The notes under the pieces: generated by a model
Database searches by the model: none
What the model saw: the letters and a program-made list of their open reading frames with translations, nothing else
Told to the model about the DNA's origin: nothing
Translations under genes and position numbers: made by a program
Part shown: piece after piece, positions 41,975 through 56,234 of the stretch
How positions within the stretch are numbered: the first letter of the stretch is position 1
How the letters are laid out: every line of letters starts with the position of its first letter
Assembly: GCA_951406725.2 (NCBI GenBank)
Contig: OX597822.1
Location: 3,162,001 to 3,226,000, forward strand
Direction: 5' to 3'
Length of the DNA stretch: 64,000 nt
Source: Octopus vulgaris
Lineage: Eukaryota

Positions 41975-42460
41975 ATTGGTTTCGTATTCTGGTACAGAGC
42001 TAGAAATTTCGGGGAAGATCCTCGGTCGATTACATCGGCCCCAGGGCAGGAGTAGTTCTTATTTCATGGATCCCGAAAGAATGAAAGATAAAATCGACCT
42101 CGGCGAAATTGGAACTCGCAAAGTAAATAGGAACAAAATGCCTCTAAAAATTTTTTGTACGGAGTGTTACCGACTCTGCCAGCACAACGCCTCAGTTTAT
42201 TCATAACTAAAAGGACTCGCCGTATCGTGGCCAGCATTCTACTGTTTCTGATGGTGAAATAATTATTGGTCTCAAATTTTGGCACAATGCCAGCAATTTC
42301 GGGAGAGGAGTTAAGTCAATTGCATTGACCGCAGTGTTCAGCTGTTACTCATTTTATCGATCTCGATAGGATGAATAGTAAAGTCGACTTCCACAGCATT
42401 TGAACCTCTGAAAGTAAAGACGGACGAAATGCCGCTCAGCACTCTGAACGGCTTGCTAAG
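41975..42460 (-). mobile_element. Two decayed SINE family 1 copies
   Basis: cgacctcggcgaaattggaactc and ggatgaatagtaaagtcgac...acgaaatgccgct match family 1. Confidence 0.75.
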
Positions 42461-42603
42461 GATGATGTAATAACTGTTGCTATGGAAACAAGTATGGTAA
42501 CATCTTTGGCCTCGTCTTCACAATCGTGTATTACTATTGAAAGGTCAGAACTGACAACCGTTGCTGCTGCTGCTGCTACTACTACTACTGCTACTACTAC
42601 TAC

Positions 42604-42668
<65 letters not shown>

Positions 42669-42805
42669 ATACTACTTCTTTTGCTGGATACTCCTTCTTA
42701 GTTTCCTATAGTCTGTTGCCTTTCCCTTTTCCTGACAACGTCAGGAGAAGGGAAAGGCAATGTCTCTATAAGTGGGACAATTCTTAATATACACCCACAT
42801 ACAAG

Positions 42806-42990
42806 TATTATAATGATAATAACAATAATAATAACAATAATAATAACAATAGTAATAATAATAATAATAATAATAGTAATGATGATGATGATGACGATGT
42901 TGATGACGACGACAACAACAACAACAGCAATAATAATAATAAAAATAATAGTAATAATTAAAATAATAATAATAATAATAGTAATAAAAA

Positions 42991-43060
<70 letters not shown>

Positions 43061-43087
43061 AATAATAGTAATAAAAATAATAATGAA

Positions 43088-43146
<59 letters not shown>

Positions 43147-43156
43147 TAGTAATAAA

Positions 43157-43227
<71 letters not shown>

Positions 43228-43272
43228 TGATCATAATAATAACAACAACAATAATAATTATAATGATAATAA
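42806..43272. repeat. (AAT)n microsatellite
   Basis: Directly visible. Confidence 0.95.
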
Positions 43273-44060
43273 GATAGATAAAAAGATGTATAGATAGATG
43301 TATAGATAGATAGGTAGATAGATAGACAGATTGAAAGATAGATAGATATACACACACTATATATGTATATACACACACTAAAGCATAAATACAATGATAT
43401 ATACATACATAAGTACACATACCCTTTCTTAGGTAAATATATGAATCACGCATATGTTTGTGTGCACGTGTATATATACGTACCCTCGTATACATTTCTC
43501 TCTCTCTCTCTCTACACACACATATATATATATATATGTATGTATGTATATATGTATGTATGTATAACAGCCACTCTATCAGTTATATGACGGTAAAAAC
43601 GGTTAAACTGTTTGCTTTTATTGATAAAGATACGTTGAGAATAATGAAAATATTTGTCTAGCTTTGCTGCCGACTATTCACATTTCGGTCTTTTGTCTTA
43701 TACTGTTGTAATATGACATTGAACAAACACCATCCTGGTTTAGCTTGTCAATTGTTTAACGTGTGTTCGATTCTGGTTGCCAGGCGAACAAGATATGTAC
43801 ACAGTGCACAGTGTTGACATTGAAGTGTACAATATAGGGAGGAAAATTAATAAATGTTCATTGCAATCACTGTTTACCTATGTATGTATATATATGCAAG
43901 TCTGTCTGTCTGTATGTATGTGTGTGTATGTATGTATATTTGTATGTATGTACGTATGTATGTATGCATATATGTGTGTATGTATAAGTCTATCTATCTA
44001 TCTATCTATAATTTGATGCACATATGTCTACCTATATGAGCATATATATATATATATATA

Positions 44061-44603
44061 AATAATAATATTAGGGAGTAAATCCAAACTTACAAGGAAA
44101 AATTAGATTTAGGATTAAATCTAATTTCACAGTATAAATATAAATTAAATTAGAGATAAAACCACTATTAGGCAAATCAAACAATTAAAAACGTAAACCA
44201 AAACATAAAATTAAAAATAATTAATATAATACACAAAATATATAAAATATAAAATTTAAAAATTTAAATGATTTAAATTTAGAATTAAAATTCTTAATTT
44301 ATATTTATACTTTTTTTTATTAAATAACTATGAAAAAGTATTAAAAAGATTAATATAAGATAAAAAGTACATAGTGGTTTTACTTTTTATCTTATATTAA
44401 ACTTTTTAATAATTTTTGATAGTTATATATATTTTTTTTAAAATTCTAAATATAATTAATAATTTTAATTTTAAATTTGAATAATTTAAATTAAATTTTT
44501 TTTAAATATATTTTGTGTATTATATTAATTATTTTTATTTTTATATTTTGGTTTATGTTTTTCATTGTTTGATTTGCCTAATAGTGGTTTTATCTCTAAT
44601 TTA
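44061..44603. mobile_element. AT-rich fold-back element between (TA)n tracts
   Basis: Arms ~44146-44375 / ~44378-44602; terminal 44068-44115 matches the reverse complement of 49270-49318. Confidence 0.65.
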
Positions 44604-44626
44604 TATATATATATATATTATTATAT

Positions 44627-44720
<94 letters not shown>

Positions 44721-44729
44721 TGTGATTTT

Positions 44730-44790
<61 letters not shown>

Positions 44791-44791
44791 G

Positions 44792-44835
<44 letters not shown>

Positions 44836-44838
<3 letters not shown>

Positions 44839-45139
44839 CCCTCCATTTTTGTTTCCGTTCGGTTACCTTGTATATCTGCACTGTCATATTTTTGTCCCCA
44901 ACTTTGACCATCCATAAATCCTACATTTTAGTTTAGAATTTATGGGACCAAGAGCCTTTTGAAGACTTGAAATGATAGACAACCGCCAACTGATGAAGGG
45001 TCTCTCCTTTGTGTTAACTTGTCTTGTTTACCGTTTTTTCCTCGTTGTTTAAATATTTCACTCGTTTTTCTTTCGTTTTTTTTTTACGTATTCCATGTTA
45101 TTTGCGCCGTTGATGTCGTCTTATATCTATACATGCATG

Positions 45140-45194
<55 letters not shown>

Positions 45195-45715
45195 ATATTA
45201 TTCTTTAATTGAACGCGACGCGTAAGTTTATGTTCACTTTTCTGATGCCACTCTCTACTCTCTACTCTTTTCTTCTTCCATCCTTCCCCTGTTCCCTTCC
45301 CTACCTTCCTTCACCGTATTTTATCTGTCTCTCTCTCTCGTTGCTCACACGTGACATCGTCCATTTTTCTTTTCCTCACGTGACCATCTTTTTTCCTGCA
45401 CCGACGTTAAAATGTTTCTTCCGGTGTTCACTATTTTCTTCTCGCTCTGGTCTAACGACCTTCCATGTTTGTTTTCGTTCGGTTTCCTTCTATGTTTCCC
45501 TCGTTATTTTTTGTTCCCAACTTTGACCCTCCATAAATCCTAATTTTATTTTAGAATTTATAGGAACAGCTGACTTTGAAGGCTCATATTGTCGTTGAAT
45601 GCTCGAAATGAGGATTAGAGAGACAGCCGAAAGCTGTGTTTACTTGTCCTGTTTTCCATTTTTCCTGTTGTTTACGTATTTCATGTTATTTGCACTGTTG
45701 GTGACATCATGACCT
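44836..45715 (+). repeat. Two diverged copies of a (TA)n-associated interspersed repeat
   Basis: 44836-45130 matches 45457-45715; inverted fragment at 49507-49607. Confidence 0.7.
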
Positions 45716-45776
45716 ATATATTCATGTATATATATATACTTGTAAATTATATATATATTACATTATTATATATATA

Positions 45777-45817
<41 letters not shown>

Positions 45818-46699
45818 ATGTGTCACGAAACACGTGTAGTCTATTTACTAATTATATACTATTTATTTTTTATTTCGTACTTTATTTAGTTCTAGGTAAA
45901 TGTTTTATTGCATCTTTAATGTTTTTCTATATGGTATGATTTAAGTATATCATTGCAGAATTGCTACATGGTGGTTCTTCTCTAATTTATATACATGTAT
46001 TATATATATATATGTTCTGTGCGTGTATGTATATACATATACAATACGAATATTCCACTGAACGTTTTAATAATTCCTTATGGAAACTATCTTCAACATT
46101 TTCTTGAGAATGTATATATATGTTGTAATATTTTGTGCCCAATATTTTAATGAACTTGTTAAACTTTTTTAGGTTCTTAACATGCTCTTGTTACCAAAGA
46201 ATGTATATACGTATATATGTGTGTATGTATATATATATATGTGTGTGTGTATATATATATATATGTATATACATACATACATATTCATATATTGTGTGCA
46301 TGTGTGTATGTATATCTGCTTGTGTGTGTGCGTTGCGTGTGTGTGTCTTCAATTAATGATAGCGCTTGGATATGATTGTCGCAAAGCGAAATTTTTATCT
46401 AATGCGGTAAACATAGAGTTGAGTAAGATTTCTTAGAAAGCCGAACCTTAGGAATGATGACAGCCGCTACACTGTTCCGTGCTTCCGTTTTATCAGGCGA
46501 CTAGTGATACTCATGAGTATGAGTATGCTTATAGAAAAGGAATTATGCCCATAAAATATATAATAATTTGTACTACGGTTACGCGTAAAACAATTATACA
46601 GGCTTAGAACTGAACACAAGCATTAAACGTAAAATGAGCAAAATATAAAGATGCTACATGTGGGAAGGAAAGTAAAGTCGTAAATATAATTAAAGTTGG

Positions 46700-46905
46700 G
46701 ACTAAGCACCTGAAGACATATGTTTCTGTGTCTGTCTTCAGGTGCTTAGTCCCAGCTGGCGGGGGTGATTGCCTCCCCTTTGCAAATATAAGGTCACAGA
46801 AAATGTGTCAACGCCGACAGGAGACGTCGATGTTTCCTAGGGCTAAATGGCGGTGGTGTAATTCCCTTACGGGACTGTCACATTGAGTTGACGGTATACG
46901 ACCAC
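46700..46905. mobile_element. 206 bp insertion with 14-bp TSD and terminal fold-back
   Basis: tataattaaagttg at 46686-46699 and 46906-46919; hairpin at 46696-46757. Confidence 0.65.
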
Positions 46906-47489
46906 TATAATTAAAGTTGTTTACGCCATAAGAATTTATAACCTTCCAGATAAGGTGAAAAATATATATTTACTCCTCTCGGAATAAATATAACGCTATA
47001 AACAATAACATGTTAGTTAAAATAAACCCCATTGCATGGAAAGACAAATTCGAAGGCCGCCCGTGGGACGTCAATAATTTTTTTTATAGAACGTAAAACT
47101 TTTGGTTTGTTGTGTTCTTGTGATTGCAATAAAACGAATGACATAAAAATTCTGTGGAAGAAAACATGAAAACATATTCGCCTATTTGTAAGACTGGCGG
47201 TGTGGTGTGTGATGAAGCTTGTGTGCAGACATAATTCATTGGCAATATATTGTTTAAATGAAATTTAGCAATCAGCAGAATAATTAATAAATTATATATC
47301 ACAACATTCTATACTTTCTCAGATGAAATGTTTGCAACGTACCTGTTAATAACCAACTCCGCCCATAAGAAAAAAGTACAAAAATATAATAACTTGTAAA
47401 TCAGTTTAACACTGGGAAATTTTAATTATGTAACGTAAAGAAGCAATACAAATATAATGAGAATCATTCATTAAATATTGGTTATTAAA

Positions 47490-48600
47490 CTAATGAGACA
47501 TCTGGCTTTGATGTGATTCAGAAATTTCATTTAGTTGTGGTGGAATATTTCACAAAGCTATGTGTAATTCTATTTCTTCAGATAAGAGATGATGTAGCCT
47601 CGTTTTGATGTTCGTTAATGAAGAGAACGCCAAATATGTATAAATATGTGGCATAAAACATCAATAATACTTTTAAAGCTTTTTTCTGCAATCCGTGAAT
47701 ATTCTTTTATATCGTTATGCAGCCGTAAGATGATTACTACTGTAGGAATCTTCAAATAATGATGGAATTATTATACCCGCTAAACATTATTGATGGCGGA
47801 AGAAAAATAATGGAATACTGTGTCTTGTTGCAGAGTTAAATGTTCGCGCATTAATATCTGTTTTATAGTTCCGTGTGTCTGCATTGCAAAATCACGGCGA
47901 AAGTTTTCTCTCTCCATGGCGTATTTTTTTTCCCTATGATAACTGATTTGGGGAGAAGGCGTCTATTTTTTTCCATCGTAACAAATGACTTGTATTCACG
48001 GTAAGGATCCGTTTAGAATATTTAATAGACCGTATACTTCTGTGAGTCTGCATTGCAAAACACGCTTAAGTCTGTTTTCTCAATGACGCTTGTTTTATTT
48101 ACCTAATATCGAATATCTGGAGAAAGCATCTATCTTACTCGTTGAAGCAACTGATATACTGGTTGTCCCAGTATCAATTCATTAAGACAGTCTCCAAATT
48201 GAAATAAATCCGCAAAATCCTAACCTAATCTAACACACAAACCATTGAATGTTAAATGACGAGCCTAAGAAGGATTTCTCTCTCTGATAAACAACCCCAT
48301 ATCTTTTTTCAACGTGCAAATGAAGTTGCAATAGGATTCGGGAAATGTTTGAAGAAGTATGACTGTAGAATTCTATAAGGATAATTATTCTCCCAACTCA
48401 ATTTCCACAGTGAAGATTTTTCCATGTCTGTATACACATGAATTTGTTAAATACGAATGTTCACCACAACTTTAGTTTAATTATCGATACTTAGTTTGTC
48501 TTTAGGTAATTGACTAGTTTTAGCTTAATAAAAGTTTGCACACACCAGTAAGTTTATTTGCCGCAAATATAAAAGAACAATAGTTCTTAGTGGTCTATGA
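47490..48600 (-). mobile_element. Decayed hAT (Charlie/Buster-like) transposase
   Basis: Frameshifted IKEYSRIAEK/ALKVLLMFYATYL/AFSSLTNIKTRL...AL*NIPPQLNEISESHQSQMSH* matches the hAT C-terminal dimerisation domain; upstream boundary approximate. Confidence 0.65.
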
Positions 48601-48760
48601 AAGATGCTTTGCGTATCAATAGCTGAAAAAACATAACGATGCAGAAACACGTGGCCTTCGGGTAATGTCATTCACAAACCTGTACGGGATTCTTTCGCAC
48701 ACAAAAAACATGAATGCTTTAAATTATACATGCATAACTTTTCATGCACATACACACACA

Positions 48761-48796
<36 letters not shown>

Positions 48797-48804
<8 letters not shown>

Positions 48805-48940
48805 TGTCCCAAAAGTTCGTAGAAAGTCTTGGAAAATAATGGTCTTTATTTTGAGGAATAATTTTGTTGTTTTTGTTAGTACTTGGCGAGTAAAAGTTCA
48901 ATTTTCGCAAGTGCTTACGAACTTTTGGGACAACCTAATA
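48797..48940. mobile_element. Mariner-type MITE
   Basis: TIRs aggttgtcccaaaagttcgta / tacgaacttttgggacaacct; TA context. Confidence 0.85.
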
Positions 48941-48944
48941 TAAG

Positions 48945-49313
48945 AATTAGAAAAAAAACCCACCTTTTATCAATTCAATTACACCTTCTACAAAATTACA
49001 TATAATAAAAAATATTAGAATTAAAATAACAATAATATACCGATGATTAAGTAAATTGCAAAATAATTATAAAAACGTATATATACCAAATATATACGTT
49101 TTATTATTATTTTGCAATTTACTTAATCATTAGTATATTATTGTTATTTTGATTTTAATATTTCAATTATATGTAATTTTCTAGATGGTGTAATTGAATT
49201 GATAAAAGGTGTTTTTTTTCTAATTTATATATATATATATATATTATATTTTGTTAAATTTGGTTTAGAATTTCTAAATTGAATTTTTCCCTGTAAGTTA
49301 GGAATAATATTCC

Positions 49314-49318
<5 letters not shown>
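48945..49318. mobile_element. AT-rich palindrome plus conserved (TA)n-joined terminus
   Basis: Arms 48945-49086 / 49090-49227; terminus related to 44068-44115. Confidence 0.65.
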
Positions 49319-49376
<58 letters not shown>

Positions 49377-49685
49377 TAGGAAATGGATGTGTTACGTTCA
49401 ATTAAATGAAAATATAAATAATATGTACACACATACACAAACACATGCGCACACACACACATATACATGAAATACGAAAACAAAAGAGTTGAATACATAA
49501 TCAACGAAAGAAACAAAGGAAAAACAGGACAAGTTAGATAAAGAATGACCCTTCATCTGTTGTCGGCCGTCCTTCTACTCCTCATTTCGAGCATTGAACA
49601 ACATGTTCGTATTTCATGTTGCTTACGGTTTGTGACGTCCTGTACCCATATATGCATATATATGTGTGTGTATGTGTGTACATAT

Positions 49686-49735
<50 letters not shown>

Positions 49736-49965
49736 GCTTATATATATATATGCTTATATATATTATTTATATTATATAATATATATATATTAATATTTAG
49801 CCAAAGCAGCAGAGTGGCTCTAGACAAAGAGTTTTGTGCGTAAGCGCAACAAAGTTTCATAAGTGTTAAACATTTGTTACGGATGTTGGCACGTTAACTG
49901 ACGAAATGATACTAAGCTTTCTGCTCGGCCTGCCACCGATTCTGCGGCATTCCGATTTATTAGAG

Positions 49966-50024
<59 letters not shown>

Positions 50025-50041
50025 CATATATACATACATAT

Positions 50042-50095
<54 letters not shown>

Positions 50096-50107
50096 GTGTA
50101 TGTATAT

Positions 50108-50300
50108 ATTCTAATCTAGGTAAAAGGCCCGAAGTTTTTGGGGAGGAGCCAGTCGATTAGTCGATTAGATCGACTCCAGTACGCAACTGGTACATAACTT
50201 ATCGACCCTGAAAGGATGAAATGCAAAGTTGATCTCGGTGACAGACGAAATACCGTTAAGCATTTCGCCCTGCATGCTAACGTTTCTGCCAGCTCCCCTT
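50108..50300 (-). mobile_element. SINE family 1 with internal deletion
   Basis: Homology to family 1 head and core. Confidence 0.85.
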
Positions 50301-50564
50301 ATATGTATATATATATATAATACAAAATGGAACAAGAACGCAAAACATCGGACAACTAGGTGATACAAAAAGGGACAACAAAACATCCGGATAAACGATA
50401 CAAAGAAAACATGGACGGGTCATTCACAGTTTTCTATCTTCAGTCAAGAACCAGATTATACTCGCAATTTCGGCTGATTATACTTGAGATTGCTCTAATC
50501 TGGCCAGCCCCAAGGAAAAACTAAGCTAACAGCATTAGATTCCTTGGAAGAAATCACCGAATGT

Positions 50565-50609
<45 letters not shown>

Positions 50610-50610
<1 letters not shown>

Positions 50611-50875
50611 CACATGTTTGCTAGAAAGAAGCGTTAAAACTCTCTAAAGCCACGCATCTCTCACTATATGTAAACACGCTGATGATCTTTAAGTGCCATT
50701 CGGCACATAAAGTGAAATCGACTGATACTGGGATATCTATTCTTCTCTTTGTGGTTTTACAAATGGGGAGTACAGTTTCTTAGTATCTTTGCTACGTTCT
50801 TCGTGCGTGTTTACATATAGTGAGAAATTCATGGCTTTGGACAGTTTTAACTCTTCTTTCTAGCAAACAGGTGTA
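50610..50875 (+). mobile_element. Fold-back element with HHR remnant and shared motif
   Basis: Arms 50610-50679 / 50805-50875; CTGATGA-t-cttta-gtgcc/ggcac-taaag-t-GAAA-tcga at 50679-50722; motif at 50849-50864. Confidence 0.65.
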
Positions 50876-51004
50876 TATTGTATCTTGAATTTTGATAATA
50901 TATATTTTGCCTAATTTGGTCACGTTCGCTGGCCACTTTATCATTATTTTTATAAAGATAATGATAACTTCTTTGAAATTTGTGTTCGGCTAGCCATGAC
51001 CTTT

Positions 51005-52050
51005 CTTTCACCTTGCTGTGTTTTATGACGCTGGGAAGGTGGTTTATATAGGCTATAAAGAGAAGCAGGCCCAAAACTATCCCCCGAGGCACACCACTGG
51101 TGACATTTGTTGGGCCTGAATGGATTCCACCGATCACAACATGTGCTCTGTTCTCCAGGAAATACTCAATCCAGTGTAGCAGTTTCGCACGGATGCCAAC
51201 ATTTGACAATTTTGACTGTAGGATATTATGGTTGACTCTGTCGAACGCTTTACTGAAGTCAAGACATATGACATCAGAGTTCGAACCTGATCCCAAGGCT
51301 TTAAGGATATCATCGATATGGTGTAAAAGCTGTGTTAGTCCCTGCAGCAGCGAAAGCCATGCTGGTTTGAATTTAGGAGATTGTGGCTCTCCAGGAAGTC
51401 AGCTATCCTTGATCTCACCACTCTTTCAAACACTTTAATGATATGGGAGGTGAGTGGGATTAGGCGACAGTTGACTAAGAGAGATCTGTTTCCCCGTTTG
51501 AAAACCAGGATGACACAATGGGATAAGAGCTGCTTCAGTATATAACCTTCACCTAAATAATTTCTCCAGAGGTTGGTTAGAGAGGAATGCAAGTTGGGTT
51601 CTACATTCCTTCAGGAGACGAGCGGGGAATCTATCAGAGCCTATAGCAGAATAGTATCTGATCTCATTTATTGCTGCTATGATTATCTGAAACAGTAAAG
51701 GTTATGTCCGAGATTATATGTTGGGAGTCGACTTCGTTCACAACCCTTACTTCATTATCAGTGGTATCACAAAAGACAGAGCAGTATTGTTTCCGCAGTA
51801 CTTCTGCGATTCCATGTTGGAGAATGCCGTTATCATCGTTCAATGGACCAACGGGTGAGACAGCGGTGCTATGCTTATTTGCAAATGAATAGAACCCTTT
51901 TGGGTTCTGCTTGATTTTTTTTGATTACCCACTGTTCCTCTGCAGGTCTTTGATTTTCAGTGCAAGTTTTCATGTTGGTCTGCAGATGAAGTCTTGCCAA
52001 TTCCAGCCTTTTCATTGTTGTTGAATGTGGATGTTGTATGTGGGAGTATT
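51005..52050 (-). mobile_element. CR1-like LINE RT fragment
   Basis: NCRLIPLTSHIIKVFERVV...NQHGFR; DVICLDFSKAFDRVNH; SGVPRGIVLGLLLFIAYIN. Confidence 0.9.
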
Positions 52051-52149
52051 TTAATTGGCTGATTTTTCATTAAGACTTTTGATACCCTTGATGAGTTTTA
52101 AAATCATATATTTGTATAATATGTCTGTATTTATATATGTAAAGGTATA

Positions 52150-53023
52150 CGAGGGGCGTTCAATAAGTAATGCCCCTGACCTACTTCCCATAGCAGTAGA
52201 GCAACGAAACTTAGCACAGTTATTAGTCTTTTTCTACGTAGGAATCACCCAGAGTTACGCATTTCTCCCATCGTTTGATGCAGCGCTGGAGACCGTTTTT
52301 GTAGAAGACCCCAGCTTGGTCCTCCAACCACGACGTGACTTTAGAAATCAAGGCTGCATTATCTGTGAAATGCTTTCCTTTCAAAAACAACTTCATGGCT
52401 GAGAAGAGGTGAAAATCAGAGGGTGCAAGGTCAGGAGCGTAGGAGGGATGGGGGAGGAGTTCATAGCAGCACGCCTGTGCTTCTGATCTGGCGACACGCG
52501 AGTTGTGGACCAGAGCGTTGTCCTGCAGGAGGAGGATGCCTTTGCTGATCTTGCCCCACCTCTTGATTTTGATAGCTTCACTTAATTTCCTCAAAAGTGA
52601 AGCATAATAGGCTCCTGTAATTGTGGTACCCTTTGCCAGGAAATCTGTCATCACTACTCCGTCCTGGTCCCAGAAGACTGGGAGCTGTTTCCACAGAGTT
52701 CCGACCATATTTGAATTCACGATGCCAGCGTTTTACAAGGTCATATGATGGGGCATCATCACCATAAGTTACTTTCATTTCATCAAAAGTCTCCCGTGGT
52801 GTGCGTCCTTTCAAATACAAAAACCGGATCACTGCTCGACACTCAACAGGCTCCATTTCACACTTGACTCAGTTCAAACACCTGTAAATCAGAAACCACA
52901 ATTAGCACAGAGCTGTAATTAGCCACTTAATCTATAGAGGTATAGATAATTGCAAATGCAAAATTTCAGCTAGATCAAACAAATGCAAGTGGGTCAGAGG
53001 CATTACTTATTGAACGTCCCTCG
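52150..53023 (-). mobile_element. Mariner element with both TIRs and internally deleted transposase (52223-52856)
   Basis: TIRs cgaggggcgttcaataagtaatgcc / ggcattacttattgaacgtccctcg with TA TSD; HTH N-terminus joined directly to VFWDQDG...LLQDNA...HPSYAPDLAPSDFHLF. Confidence 0.95.
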
Positions 53024-53080
53024 TATATACATAAGAGTGAAAAATTGCATAGACACACATAGGTACACACATCTATTTAA

Positions 53081-53440
<360 letters not shown>

Positions 53441-54254
53441 CACTCAGCACAGCAGTCATCAATGCCAACTTTTGTACTTTTAAAGATACTTTATCATGTG
53501 ACACTACAATTCAGATAGAGATAGATTTTGTCTCTTAATGTGATTGATGCTAAAAGTAAACTATTAGCGCCTCTAGTGGCCAAACCAGCTTGAAGTCATG
53601 TCATTTACTTAGCATATTATATTAATAACGATCAGTTTTTTTTTTCATATTTCTTTTTATTATAATTGTATACTTTTCTATATGTTTTGATGATTATTTT
53701 TCCAGAGAAGGATTTTTTTTCAAGTCATAGCTTTGTTTTGCTTGTTTTCGTTTTCTTTTTCTGTGTTTCCTTATTTTTTTTTACTCAGATGCTTTGAGAA
53801 TAGTCACCTAGCAGCAGCGCTGAATAATCATCATGATATGTATATAAAACTGAATAGAAGAAAGAGAACACTCACACACACATACACACACACACACACA
53901 CACATAAACATACACGCGCAAATAAATAAATAAAATGACAACGTTTAGAGACAGTGAATGAGAAAGAGAGGAAGAAATTGAGCAAAGAGGGAAACGGAGA
54001 CAGAAGAGAAAGTGGGAAGAGGGAAATGAGGAGAGCATGAAAATGGAAGAGGAAGAGAAAGTAAGACAGAGATTTACAAAGGTGTATAGAAAGTAAAACT
54101 GGATGCATACCAAAATCCATCTATCCAGCCATCCATCTATGCATGCATACATACATACATAAATACATACATACATACATACATACATACATACATACAT
54201 ACATACATACATACATAATGCATACATACATCCAGCTATCCATCCATACATACA

Positions 54255-54580
54255 TAGGAGCACTCCGTCGGTTACGACGACGAGGGTCCCAGCTGATAAT
54301 ATCAACGGAACAGCTTGCGCGTGATATTAACGTGCAAGTGACTGAGCACTCCACAGACACGTGTACCCTTAACGTAGTTCTCAAAAAGACTCAGCGTGAC
54401 ACAGAGTGTGGCAAGGCTGGCCCTTTGAAATACTGGTACAACTCATTTTTGCCAGCTGAGTGGAATGGAGCAACGTGAAATAAAGTGTCTTGCTCAAGGA
54501 CACAACGCGTCGCCAGTAATTGAGCTCACGACCCTACAATCGTGAGCCGAATTCCCTAATCACTAAGCCACGCGCCTTCA
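54255..54580 (-). mobile_element. SINE family 3, full length
   Basis: tgaaggcgcgtggcttagtgattagg...gtgtccttgagcaagacactttatttcacgttgctcc. Confidence 0.85.
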
Positions 54581-54609
54581 CACACACATACATACATACT
54601 TACATACAT

Positions 54610-54850
54610 ATCCCATAGGCTCTGGGATATTTAACACACTACCTAAATAACAATCATAAGAAATTAGGCTTCTCAAAACCAGATGGAAGAAAGCTAATTC
54701 GAAGACTACAGATCCAATCCATCACTGGAACTGTAAAATTATTAAAAATTTTCCAGAAGTTTATAATTTAAATATATATGAGCATGTCTAGATATGCAAC
54801 TATATGCATGAGAATACATAGATAAATCAAAACATACAATTCTGTACACA
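54610..54850 (+). mobile_element. Probable RLE-type (R4/Dong/NeSL-like) non-LTR 3' end in (CATA)n
   Basis: LGFSKPDGRKLIRRLQIQSITGTVKLLKIFQKF*; related VPIIVGALGYVPK fragment at ~27098-27140, also after (CATA)n. Confidence 0.5.
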
Positions 54851-54864
54851 TTCTAAGAACCCCT

Positions 54865-55192
54865 TCGGTCACGACACAGACCATGGGATTGTACCTAGAA
54901 AGTTACTCTCCCAGGTACAAGTCCGGGCAAGGTTGTTTATGGAATACCAGCAGTCGCCCATGCATACCGGCCTCCCCTCTCCACGCCACCAGTGTTATCC
55001 AATGGAAAGGCAAAGGGGCCGATACAGCTTGGCACCTGTGACGTCACAACTCATTTCTACAGCTGAGTAAAGTGGAGCAACGTGAAATAAAGTGTCTTGC
55101 TCAAGAACAAAACACGCAGCCCGGTCTGTAATTCGAGCTCACAACCTCACGATCGTAAGCTCAATGCTCTAACCATTGAGCCATGCGCCTTC
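54865..55192 (-). mobile_element. SINE family 3 with alternative tail
   Basis: Same head and body as 54255-54580, different 3' half. Confidence 0.8.
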
Positions 55193-55782
55193 AAACATAC
55201 ATACATACATACATACATACATACATACATACATACATACATACAAATATAACCTGTTGTTGATGTTGAGCTTCCACTGAAGGAGCCTTGAATCTAGGTT
55301 AGAAACTTTCTCTATTGTCAAGAAATCTTGAAATCTTGAAATAAAACTCAACAATGACAAACATACAGACATATATACATGAGGTACAAAAACAACACAG
55401 TGCAAGGTAATTCAAAGACGTAACGAAATCCAAAGGTATGGTAAGCCATTGTAGGGAAATCCAAGAATTAGGTATTCCAAATCAAGGTCTAAAGGATATA
55501 GTAAATTCGTGAGAGCGCGCGATAATTGGCAATGTAACTACAGACGATATTGTCTTGTAGTATTTTTTCTCCTCTCTGGAACTTACTTCTTTCCTCATTC
55601 TGACGAAGATCCATGCCCGAAACGTTACACCCTCATCTTTTTCAGCGTGAACTTAATACATTCACTGTTTACTGTTTGTTGTTTTGTTTTATTGTTTTTC
55701 TCGATTTACATACATTCATACATGCATACATACATATATACATACATAAATAGATAGATACATACATACATACATACATACA

Positions 55783-55815
<33 letters not shown>

Positions 55816-56234
55816 CACGTGATCACGTGACCGACCAGACCATCAGATGTTGTTACACATCGCTGGTCACAATGCGTTCGCATTGTTTTAGTCTTCGAAT
55901 GACGCCACCCCGCTGGCTAAGCGAGCAGGCCAACATACATATATAGATACATAAATATATACATGCATACATACATGATGGCCGTCCACGCGTGACCGAG
56001 GAAGACCATTGCTGACCTTCAGGAACATTGTGCGCTCTAGGACTAACTTATATTTTGCATTTGCGGCTCCGTTGGTGGCTAATGAGCCCTGCTCTTGACA
56101 AGCATACATACATACATATATACATACATACATATATACATACATAAATACATACATGCATACATGTATACATACATACATACATACATACATACATACA
56201 TACATACATACATACATACACACATCCATAATTC

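Noticed and set aside
47869-48160. ~170-bp diverged direct repeat as a regulatory array
   Set aside because: Lies within the decayed hAT region; most simply an old internal duplication
52223-52856. Functional mariner transposase
   Set aside because: The internal deletion removes the first catalytic Asp region and shifts the frame
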